Source: Thermoplasmatales archaeon (lineage in GTDB: Archaea; Thermoplasmatota; Penumbrarchaeia; Penumbrarchaeales; Penumbrarchaeaceae). Taken from it: a DNA stretch of 29,701 nt. The position numbers were made by a program, and so were the translations under genes. The notes beneath the pieces were generated by a model. The model worked only from the letters and a program-made list of their open reading frames with translations, was not told the origin of the DNA and searched no databases. Each line of letters opens with the position of its first letter. Position 1 is the first letter of the stretch. The stretch lies in contig JBFYMY010000140.1 in NCBI GenBank assembly GCA_041304645.1, forward strand, positions 1 through 29,701. The letters run 5' to 3'. This document shows, one piece after another, positions 9,300 to 16,578 of this stretch.

Positions 9300-10388
9300 A
9301 TGGCAAAGAGGGTCTATAACTTCAATGCGGGCCCCGCGACCCTTCCGGTCCCAGTACTGGAAAGGGCCAGGGATGAGATGCTTGACTGGGCGGGGACCGG
9401 CATGTCCGTCATGGAGGTCTCCCACCGGGGCAAGGAGTACGACGCGATGCACCATGAGGCGATGAGCCTTGTGAAGGAGCTCATGGGCTGGACCGACGAG
9501 TACAAGGTGCTTTGGCTCCAGGGCGGGGCCTCCATGCAGTTCCTGATGGTCCCCCAGAACCTTGCAGTTCCGGGGAAGCCTATGGAATATGTGAACACGG
9601 GAGCCTGGTCCAAGAAGGCCATCAAGGAGGCGAAGCTCTTCGGCGATGTGAAGGTCGTAGCCTCGTCAGAGGACAAGAACTTCACTTTCGTCCCCAAGGA
9701 CGTTTCGTTCTCAGAGGGTTCGGCCTTCGCTCACATGACGGGGAACAACACGATCTTCGGCTCCGAGTGGCACTACTATCCGAAGGTGCCCTCCGACGTC
9801 CCTCTGGTCGTCGATATGTCCTCGAACCTGATGGACAAGGTCATTGAGGCGAAGAGGTTCGCTCTTCTCTATGCAGGGGTCCAGAAGAACCTCGGGCCTG
9901 CCGGTGTGACGCTTGCCGTCATCAGGCAGGACCTATTGACCAGGGCGCCCGAGAAGGCCCCGACCATGCTCAAGTACAGCACCCACTCAGCCGAGGATTC
10001 GTTGTACAACACGCCGCCGTGCTGGGCCATATACATATGCAAGCTTGTCCTTGATTACATGAAGGAGAAGGGAGGCGTTGCCTACTTCGAGAGGGTCAAC
10101 AGGGAGAAGGCGAAGATCCTCTACGACGCCATAGACTCCTCCGGTGGCTTCTACAAGGGACATATAACCGATAAGGACTCGAGGTCTCTCATGAACGTGA
10201 CCTTCAGGCTACCGACAGAGGACCTGGAGAAGCAGATAGTGGATGAGGCAAAGAAGGCAGGTCTCGTCGGTCTGAAAGGCCACAGGTCCGTCGGCGGGAT
10301 GAGGGCCTCCATATACAACGCCGTTCCCATAGAGGGCGTCAAGAAGCTCGTGGAGCTCATGAAGGACTTCCAGGCGAAGCACCAGTAA
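9300..10388 (+). CDS. serC: Phosphoserine aminotransferase, bacterial-type SerC
   Basis: NFNAGPATLP, SVMEVSHR, LQGGASMQF, TGAWSKKA, NNTIFG, DMSS, YAGVQKNLGPAG (PLP lysine), YNTPP and GHRSVGGMRASIYNA. A GGAGA RBS at 9288-9292 precedes ATG 9300; the ORF-track extension to 9189 is spurious. Confidence 0.96.
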   Translation: MAKRVYNFNAGPATLPVPVLERARDEMLDWAGTGMSVMEVSHRGKEYDAMHHEAMSLVKELMGWTDEYKVLWLQGGASMQFLMVPQNLAVPGKPMEYVNTGAWSKKAIKEAKLFGDVKVVASSEDKNFTFVPKDVSFSEGSAFAHMTGNNTIFGSEWHYYPKVPSDVPLVVDMSSNLMDKVIEAKRFALLYAGVQKNLGPAGVTLAVIRQDLLTRAPEKAPTMLKYSTHSAEDSLYNTPPCWAIYICKLVLDYMKEKGGVAYFERVNREKAKILYDAIDSSGGFYKGHITDKDSRSLMNVTFRLPTEDLEKQIVDEAKKAGLVGLKGHRSVGGMRASIYNAVPIEGVKKLVELMKDFQAKHQ

Positions 10389-10407
10389 AGTGTAAGAACA
10401 GAGTCGT

Positions 10408-10443
10408 TTCGTTAACCGTGGTTAATTAACCATGGTTAACGAA
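10408..10443. repeat. 36-bp near-perfect palindrome made of two 14-bp sub-palindromes
   Basis: TTCGTTAACCGTGGTTAA|TTAACCATGGTTAACGAA has 17 of 18 positions complementary. It contains TTAACCGTGGTTAA (10412-10425) and the perfect palindrome TTAACCATGGTTAA (10426-10439). Confidence 0.9.
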
Positions 10444-10517
10444 TGTATCTGATATTGTAGGGTAGATTGATGCTATCCTATTCTGCATAAGTATGGAGCG
10501 GTTTCTAAATATTGTCC

Positions 10518-12191
10518 TCAGAGGATCCTCTGTTCATGGAACGAGGAGCTGATCACAAGGTTCCTTCCCTGGCATGAGTAATCGATCCAATCCTTGGAAA
10601 CGACCCCATGCTTGAAGCCCTTTAGCCTTAGGGAGTTCTTGCCGTCGTTCTCCCTGAACTCGGCTATGCCGTCCATCAGATACTCGACCGAGTTCGTGAT
10701 CTCTTCCGAATGTACGTTCGAGGCCATATCATAGAGCGTTGTGAAATTGTAGTTCTTAGACCGCGCTATGAGCACCTGGAGGAACTTCATAAGATCGGTC
10801 TGGTCCGTATGATTGATGAGCGGTGACAACGAGCTTATTATGACAACTCCGCCGCCGTAGGTGGATTTCATCTCCTCTATGACCATTATGAGATCGTTCT
10901 GGAACCTCAGGAAATCGGCCTTGTCATGGATATTGAATATCCTGTGGCCCTCCTTGAGCACCATATCGTTATTATGTCTAGAAAATAGGTCGAACATCCT
11001 GACCATGCCGTCGCGGTTGTACTCCTTGAAATCCGGGAGCGCCTCGGTTATTCCCCTCACGACCTCCTTCATGGCCCTGTTGGAGGATACATATATCACG
11101 GGAAGCCCCTTCCTTAAGGACGCCGCAAGGAACATTTCAACGACAAGGTCCTTCCCGCAGAACGTCGGTCCCTTTATCAGCTCCTGGCTCCCTGTCTCTA
11201 TACCGCCCTTTAAAAGCGAATCCAGCCTTTTATTGCCTAGTTCCAGGAACTTGATCCTTGACAGGTCCTCCCTTATGGTGGCATTCGCTCCCTTGCTGAG
11301 CTTCTGGAGGTAGAAGAGGGCCTCTTTATTGCTGGGAGAGGATGATAATGCCCTTGTGTAGAGCTCCCTGGCCAGGGAGATGTTGCCTCCCTTGTATGCT
11401 TCCTTGGCCATATCGAGTATCTTCCTGAGACCCTCCGGCTCCCCTCCCTCGATGACGATCTTCCCCCCGCACAGAGGGCACTTGGTCAACCCCTGGTTCG
11501 ATCTGAGCTTGATCTGGGCGTTGCAGGATGGGCACCTCCTAACGGTCCTGTCCTCCTCCTTCTGGACCAGGTCGAAGGAACGGCTCAAAGGCCTCTCGCC
11601 CCTGACGGAGGTCCTTAGAGTGATTATGTCCGACGGCCTCCCCACCGTCCCCATGTCGGGCGTGGACAACGGTTCCGGAGGTGTCGGGTCATTGATAGGT
11701 TCGGCATAGGGCGGACCTTGAGGTGGTGGGGGTGATGAGGGCCGTTCTTCGATTTTATCGGTTATGTCCCAGTCCAGATCCTCCTCATCATCGTCAGAGG
11801 GGGAGGGAGGTGAACCAACATCTTTACATCCCTTGGGACCGCATTCTATGAGTAGAACGTTGTAATCATCATCGGAAACACCAAGTTTCTTCCGGAGGAC
11901 ATCAAGGAGCCCCTGTTCGTCCTCGGTCACCTTTCCGTCCTTCCAGGCCTGTTCAAGGACGTCCTTCATAAGCTCCAGGGTGTCGGGTATGTCAACGATC
12001 TCAAGGTCGTCCCAGTTGAGCTCGTCGGTCTCCTCATCTTCCTCGGGTCCATGATCGTCTTCCGGCTCGATGTCCAGCTCCTTTCTTGCCCCGACATCTC
12101 CAGTGCCAGGGCTGGGTTCGTGAGAGTCCTCTACCAGTTCCGCTATGACGGTCCTGGTTCCGGTCCCTGCCTTCTTTTGCCCATCTCCCAT
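10518..12191 (-). CDS. Multidomain protein: acidic N-terminus, TerB-like helical hairpin, Pro-rich linker, Zn ribbon, TPR-like helices, degenerate KaiC/RAD55 ATPase domain
   Basis: Contains AWKDGKVTEDEQGLLDVLRKKLG, CPSC...CPLC, AKEAYKGGNISLARELYTRAL, LGNKRLDSLLKGGI...LIKGPTFCGKD and VEYLMDGIAEF...LRLKG. Start set at ATG 12191 (MGDGQ); the track extension to 12299 overlaps XPD. Confidence 0.8.
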   Translation of the reverse strand: MGDGQKKAGTGTRTVIAELVEDSHEPSPGTGDVGARKELDIEPEDDHGPEEDEETDELNWDDLEIVDIPDTLELMKDVLEQAWKDGKVTEDEQGLLDVLRKKLGVSDDDYNVLLIECGPKGCKDVGSPPSPSDDDEEDLDWDITDKIEERPSSPPPPQGPPYAEPINDPTPPEPLSTPDMGTVGRPSDIITLRTSVRGERPLSRSFDLVQKEEDRTVRRCPSCNAQIKLRSNQGLTKCPLCGGKIVIEGGEPEGLRKILDMAKEAYKGGNISLARELYTRALSSSPSNKEALFYLQKLSKGANATIREDLSRIKFLELGNKRLDSLLKGGIETGSQELIKGPTFCGKDLVVEMFLAASLRKGLPVIYVSSNRAMKEVVRGITEALPDFKEYNRDGMVRMFDLFSRHNNDMVLKEGHRIFNIHDKADFLRFQNDLIMVIEEMKSTYGGGVVIISSLSPLINHTDQTDLMKFLQVLIARSKNYNFTTLYDMASNVHSEEITNSVEYLMDGIAEFRENDGKNSLRLKGFKHGVVSKDWIDYSCQGRNLVISSSFHEQRIL

Positions 12192-12264
12192 ATATGTGGA
12201 CCTTCCAGTCCCGGGAATGTCCGAAAACACCCTAGGGACGTCAAATATCCAACATACTATAAGA

Positions 12265-14379
12265 TTAATCTTTCCCTGTAAAGAACCGTATGGGCGCATT
12301 AAGCTCCGGGTCCAGGACAGAGAGCTCCCCCAGTTCCTCCCTGAAATGTACCGCTCTTTTGTCCATTATCACGGAGAACCCCCGTTCCTCCTCCGACCGT
12401 ATCATCCTTCCGACGGCCTGCAGTATCTTCCTGGCCGCCGGGGCGTGGACGGTATATTCCCAGCCCTTTCCGAACCTGATATCGTAGAACGATGACAGAC
12501 TTCTCTGCCTTGCATTGGGCTTGGGGTAGGGTATCCCAACTATCAGAACGAGCTCAAGGGACCTGCCAGGATAGTCCATGCCTTCCGAAAGCCTCCCCCC
12601 CATCACCGAGCAGAGGACCCCCCCTCGGGAGGCCCTGAAATCATCCACCAGCTCCATAACATCGGACTGTGACGAGCCCCGCCTTTCCATGAAGAACGGT
12701 CTCCCTGAAAGAAGGTCCTCCTTGAGGGTCGTGCCATCCTCGAGCTCCTGGACGCCCAGTATGTCCTCCATCAGGTCGAAGGAAGGGAAGAACAGGGCGG
12801 TGTTCCTGCCCCTTACCCCGTCCAGGATCCGGAGGACCCTATCCCTGTACCTGGCCTTCATATCCGGGTCCTTCCTCAGCATCTCGTAGCTGGTGCACAG
12901 GTCCTGGGTGTAGGTCAGCATCCTGTTCCCCGGGGGGAATGGCGGAGGGAGCTTCAGAAGCTCGGTGTCCCCCGGCAGACCCAGCGTGTCCCTGTACTCC
13001 TCCAGGGGGGATAGGGTCCCGGAGAGATGGACGGAGGAGTGGACCTTGACCAGGTCACCAGTCACCTGAGAGGGGTCCATCGCGAAGGCCTCGAGATAGA
13101 GCTCTCCGGGACGCTGACCCTTTACTATGAGGGGGGAATAGGCAGTGAAATCGAGCTCGTTCCAGGCAAGGAAGAACTGTGCCGCCCTGTGGATGTACGA
13201 ACGCGGGAGCCTCCCCTGCGCCCTCCTTGTGTCCTGTATGGAGGTTCCGTACTGGAGCATCTCGGAGAAGCCCCTCTCCAATTGGGAAGAATTGGACCGG
13301 AGCTGCACCATCAGCGTATCCATCAGGGCCGCTGGTGGCACCGTGCCATCCTCGTCTATGAGGAACTCCTCGGCGACGGTCTGAAGTGCCCCTGACAGGG
13401 CATCTATGAGGAGGCTGACGGTGAACGGACCGACATCCTTGTCCCCGAAGGTCCCCGCCTCGGAGGCAGCAAGCCTGAGGGAGGTGAGCGATATGGACAG
13501 GGAGCAAAGCTCCCTAGCGAACTGAGCGACGTTGTGGGCCTCGTCGAAGATCACAATGAGGTCCTCAAGGCCGCACCCCATCCATTCCAACAGCCGCCTC
13601 CTTATGAAGGGCGACAGGAAGAATATGTAAGGTGCCGTGACAAGGACCGAATCCGAGACCATCCTCTTGGTGGTCTCGTAGGGGCATGTCCCCATGGACA
13701 GGCACTTCTGGGCCATCTCCTCGGCAGTCGGGGAACAACCCCTTGCCCAGGACCTGGCCTCGGCCCCCTCGTCGAGGAGGTAGGCGGAATAGAACCTGCA
13801 TTCACTGCCATTTACGGGCTTCCCGGACATCCTAGATAATGTGACGCGCTTCCTATCCCCGCACATCTTCGAGAGCTCCTCGGGTGTGCCCGTGAGGAAC
13901 TCCGGGTCCTCGGAGGCGAGCGGGCACATGTTTCCCCTGCCCTGGATGGCGGAGCAGACCCCCTTCCCGGGCCCGCCCTCCCAGGGCCCCGTCATTGGCC
14001 CTATCTTATGAGCGCTGCCAACGGGGGGTCGCTCGCCCCTTTCCCCGTTGAGCTCCCTGAGTATGTCATCGACGATATCCACCGGCGGACCGGAAGGGGG
14101 CGGTAGCACGCCATCGACCGAGCAGGACCTGATCCGTCTGTACTCCTCCACGACCTGCCTCTGCTGCGAGTTCGTCCTTGTGAGGTATAGGACCCTCTTC
14201 CTGTCCCTGTATGCATGGAAGAGGGCAGGGGCGAGCGAGGAGACGGTCTTCCCCGAACCCGTACCCGCTTCTATGGCTATGTGGCCCTTATGGTCCATCG
14301 ACCGGTCCATACGGTCCACCATTTCGACCTGGATAGCCCTCATCCTGTAGGGGAAGAAAGACAGCAGTTCGGACCGCAT
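12265..14379 (-). CDS. xpd: XPD/Rad3-family 5'-3' DNA helicase with Fe-S cluster
   Basis: Walker A EAGTGSGKT, RTNSQ, DEAHN, SGTLSP, GRLSEGMDY, IVGIPYP and QAVGRMIR. Four Fe-S ligand cysteines are present (GNMC, KMC, ECRFY, TCPYE). Confidence 0.93.
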   Translation of the reverse strand: MRSELLSFFPYRMRAIQVEMVDRMDRSMDHKGHIAIEAGTGSGKTVSSLAPALFHAYRDRKRVLYLTRTNSQQRQVVEEYRRIRSCSVDGVLPPPSGPPVDIVDDILRELNGERGERPPVGSAHKIGPMTGPWEGGPGKGVCSAIQGRGNMCPLASEDPEFLTGTPEELSKMCGDRKRVTLSRMSGKPVNGSECRFYSAYLLDEGAEARSWARGCSPTAEEMAQKCLSMGTCPYETTKRMVSDSVLVTAPYIFFLSPFIRRRLLEWMGCGLEDLIVIFDEAHNVAQFARELCSLSISLTSLRLAASEAGTFGDKDVGPFTVSLLIDALSGALQTVAEEFLIDEDGTVPPAALMDTLMVQLRSNSSQLERGFSEMLQYGTSIQDTRRAQGRLPRSYIHRAAQFFLAWNELDFTAYSPLIVKGQRPGELYLEAFAMDPSQVTGDLVKVHSSVHLSGTLSPLEEYRDTLGLPGDTELLKLPPPFPPGNRMLTYTQDLCTSYEMLRKDPDMKARYRDRVLRILDGVRGRNTALFFPSFDLMEDILGVQELEDGTTLKEDLLSGRPFFMERRGSSQSDVMELVDDFRASRGGVLCSVMGGRLSEGMDYPGRSLELVLIVGIPYPKPNARQRSLSSFYDIRFGKGWEYTVHAPAARKILQAVGRMIRSEEERGFSVIMDKRAVHFREELGELSVLDPELNAPIRFFTGKD

Positions 14380-14402
14380 CGTAGGCCGAGTCCCATAACC
14401 CG

Positions 14403-14410
14403 GATATATC
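14403..14410 (-). promoter_or_regulatory. Putative TATA-like element for xpd (probably a leaderless mRNA)
   Basis: GATATATC lies 24-31 nt upstream of ATG 14379 in a GC-rich divergent gap. Confidence 0.4.
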
Positions 14411-14492
14411 CCGGCTACGGGGGGGGGTTGCCGAAAGAGAAAACCGTCAGCCTTTTTAGCTAGCGAAGCAATCGCACCTTAGGCGGTATCGG

Positions 14493-14873
14493 ATGAGGAT
14501 GAAGGTCAAGTGCGGCAACGAGGACTGTCGGACGGAGTTCTTCGTTGACAGCGCGGAGCCGGTATGGACATGCACGGAGTGCGGAAGGGAGATCACCAAC
14601 CGCAACTACCCGTTCCTTACGGCAAAGTTGATGCAGGCCAGGATAGACGGACCAAGGGCGGATTGGAACAAGGCCTTCTCGGACCTGATAGAGCTATCGA
14701 AAAAGGAGATAGCGGCAAGGACGGAGGGGGGGAAGAAGGTGGCGGACCTATCGTTCCTGGATGAGGCCGCCAAGAATCTCAAGGGCAAGAAGCGTACAAA
14801 CGAGGAGTGGAAGAAGTTGCATGACGCGCTCCTGGAGCGTTCCCGGCAGGCGGTCCTTGCGCTCGAGGCATGA
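14493..14873 (+). CDS. Hypothetical Zn-ribbon protein (126 aa)
   Basis: CGNEDC...WTCTECG followed by a charged helical region. Codon usage is GC3-rich like its neighbours, and TTTTTAG lies about 35 nt upstream. Confidence 0.75.
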   Translation: MRMKVKCGNEDCRTEFFVDSAEPVWTCTECGREITNRNYPFLTAKLMQARIDGPRADWNKAFSDLIELSKKEIAARTEGGKKVADLSFLDEAAKNLKGKKRTNEEWKKLHDALLERSRQAVLALEA

Positions 14874-14878
14874 GCCCG

Positions 14879-15145
14879 TCAGTTCTCTGCGGGCGTTCTC
14901 TTGATCCTCTTCTCCTCTTCCGGCGTTATGAGGCTCGCTGATGCCATTCCCCCACCGACCCCCAGCTTATCGGGCTGGCTGATGTGGTGTGGTGCGTTGC
15001 CGGCCTTCTTTCTCTCCTCGACATAGGACAGGTATTCCTCTATCTCCCTGTCGTAGCCCTCTATCTCATCCTCTATGGACCTTACCAGGACACGCTCCTC
15101 CTGCTTGGGCGAACCCTTGATGAACTTCCTTATCGAATCGAACAT
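14879..15145 (-). CDS. Hypothetical 88-aa protein, acidic coiled-coil-like
   Basis: MFDSIRKFIKG...SIEDEIEGYDREIEEYLSYVEERKK. Start placed at ATG 15145 because the TATA-like box at 15186-15192 lies inside the longer track ORF. Confidence 0.65.
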   Translation of the reverse strand: MFDSIRKFIKGSPKQEERVLVRSIEDEIEGYDREIEEYLSYVEERKKAGNAPHHISQPDKLGVGGGMASASLITPEEEKRIKRTPAEN

Positions 15146-15185
15146 GGTGCGTATCCCCTGGAGCAACGCGTACATTCCTTTCGAA

Positions 15186-15192
15186 CATATAA
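15186..15192 (-). promoter_or_regulatory. Putative BRE/TATA for the 88-aa gene
   Basis: The minus strand reads CAAACTAG-TTATATG, 41-47 nt upstream of ATG 15145. Confidence 0.45.
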
Positions 15193-15218
15193 CTAGTTTG
15201 CGCGAGAAATGGCACACT

Positions 15219-16379
15219 TCACGTCACTATTTCGGCCAATCTATCCTCTTGAACGGCTCTGCGGACCTCCATGGCGAGCCTCCTTCCTGTGGAAACGGTC
15301 CGCCTCCAGATGGAATTCCCATAGGGATGGCCCACCCACATGTGGACGTTGGTCCCCCCGCCGATCCTTGGAGCGACATCGTAGATGAAGAAGTCCATGT
15401 CCTTGTCAACGCAGGTCTGGAGGCAGAAAGGCCCTATGATACCGGGCGGATAGTGCTCCTTTGAGGCCTTGACATAGCTCTCGGCCATCTCGAAGACCTT
15501 CTCGAGCAGCGACTCCCTCAAGGTCGCCGAGTTGTGGCCGCAGACCGTGTACTCGGGTATCATTTGTTGTTGGTTCAAGGTCATCTGCTGGGGGGCGGGC
15601 AGCCTAACATGCCCGTCGAGGGAGGTCTCGAACCTCCAGTCCACGCCCAGGAGCTCCACCGGCGACATCTCCTCTTCCAGCGGCGAGTAGAACAGGTCGA
15701 AATTGAACACGGGGCCTATCACATAACGCTCTATCCTCGCATCCTTTAAGGTCATTTCGTCTATGACACCCTGCTCCACGAGCTTCCTGGACTTGGTCAT
15801 GTACTCCTCGTAGGAAGAGGCCGTGAAGAAGCCCCTCTCCAGCTTCTTCTTCTTGTGGTGGAGCTTCACGATGACGAGCCGGTCTATGTCCCTGGGGTCC
15901 TCGACCCGCTCGGGGAAGGGGAGACCAGCCTTTTCGAGCAGCCAGTAATAGCTCTGCCGCTCCTCTCTCTCTTCCGAGCGGAGCATCCCTCTGCTGCCTA
16001 CCATGGGAACACGGAAATCGTTCTCAATGGATGCGATGTCAACGTACGAGGTGAATGACCTGTTCGGGACCCACAGAAGGGACCTCTGGCGCATCCAATC
16101 CTGCCACCGGGGCTCCATCACATCCTTGTACCTGTCAAGGACGATGGCATCGTCCACCATGCCCCTTTGCAGCTTCCCGTCCAGCCCCCTCCTGGCCTTG
16201 AAGTAATGGGAATAGGTCCTTTCCCGCCCCTTCTGGCAGAAAGCCGTGGTCCTGAACCCCTCTTCCACGGCACCGTCGCAGGCATCGAGCGCAGAATGGG
16301 ATGCTATCATCCCTATGGTGACATCGTCCCTGTCGTATCCCCTGACCATCCTCTGGACCTCTGCGCGATCGAGCATCAT
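15219..16379 (-). CDS. purP: PurP-family formate--AICAR ligase (FAICAR synthetase or close paralog; ATP-grasp)
   Basis: IGMIASHSALD...GAVEEGFRT, VPNRSFTSYV, GSRGMLRSEER, LERGFF, IGPVFNFDLFYSP, YTVCGH..ATLRESLL, IIGPFCLQ, DVAPRIGGGTN and GRRLAMEV. A GGTGA RBS is adjacent to ATG-ATG (16379/16376). Confidence 0.9.
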   Translation of the reverse strand: MMLDRAEVQRMVRGYDRDDVTIGMIASHSALDACDGAVEEGFRTTAFCQKGRERTYSHYFKARRGLDGKLQRGMVDDAIVLDRYKDVMEPRWQDWMRQRSLLWVPNRSFTSYVDIASIENDFRVPMVGSRGMLRSEEREERQSYYWLLEKAGLPFPERVEDPRDIDRLVIVKLHHKKKKLERGFFTASSYEEYMTKSRKLVEQGVIDEMTLKDARIERYVIGPVFNFDLFYSPLEEEMSPVELLGVDWRFETSLDGHVRLPAPQQMTLNQQQMIPEYTVCGHNSATLRESLLEKVFEMAESYVKASKEHYPPGIIGPFCLQTCVDKDMDFFIYDVAPRIGGGTNVHMWVGHPYGNSIWRRTVSTGRRLAMEVRRAVQEDRLAEIVT

Positions 16380-16407
16380 CTCACCGGACCGGCCAAGGGA
16401 GCGGCCC

Positions 16408-16417
16408 GATATATATC
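16408..16417 (-). promoter_or_regulatory. Putative TATA element for purP
   Basis: GATATATATC lies 29-38 nt upstream of the purP start and resembles the element upstream of xpd. Confidence 0.45.
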
Positions 16418-16505
16418 TTCGGAGGTGGCACCTACCCCGTCCGGACGCAGGAAGGGTGTGTGTACAGGAATGTATTAATACGGTTGCTGGCAGATTAAGC
16501 ACATA

Positions 16506-16512
16506 TTATAAA
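16506..16512 (+). promoter_or_regulatory. Putative TATA box for the giant-protein operon
   Basis: TTATAAA sits in the 200-bp divergent gap; a GGAGG RBS at 16569-16573 precedes ATG 16579. Confidence 0.55.
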
Positions 16513-16578
16513 CGTTCCCTCGCTGTTAACGGGTGTTGCAGGGCTTGCCCTTTGAGCGGGGGAAGCACGGAGGCGACG

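Noticed and set aside
10408-10443. Firm call as a dif site or a bacterial-type intrinsic terminator
   Set aside because: The geometry does not fit the usual ~11-6-11 tyrosine-recombinase core, and there is no GC-rich stem or U tail. It is kept only as an unexplained palindrome.
5545-14379. Inteins in the HerA-like ATPase, RAD55-like protein or XPD
   Set aside because: No C/S-start...HN-C/S/T junctions or LAGLIDADG motifs were seen, and protein lengths are explained without them.
16246-16578. N-terminal extension of the giant ORF given by the track
   Set aside because: It overlaps purP and the promoter region; the GGAGG RBS and signal-like sequence point to ATG 16579.
16380-16578. Purine or ZTP riboswitch upstream of purP
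   Set aside because: The TATA-like element is only about 30 nt from the start, leaving no room for a leader, and no recognisable aptamer motif is present.
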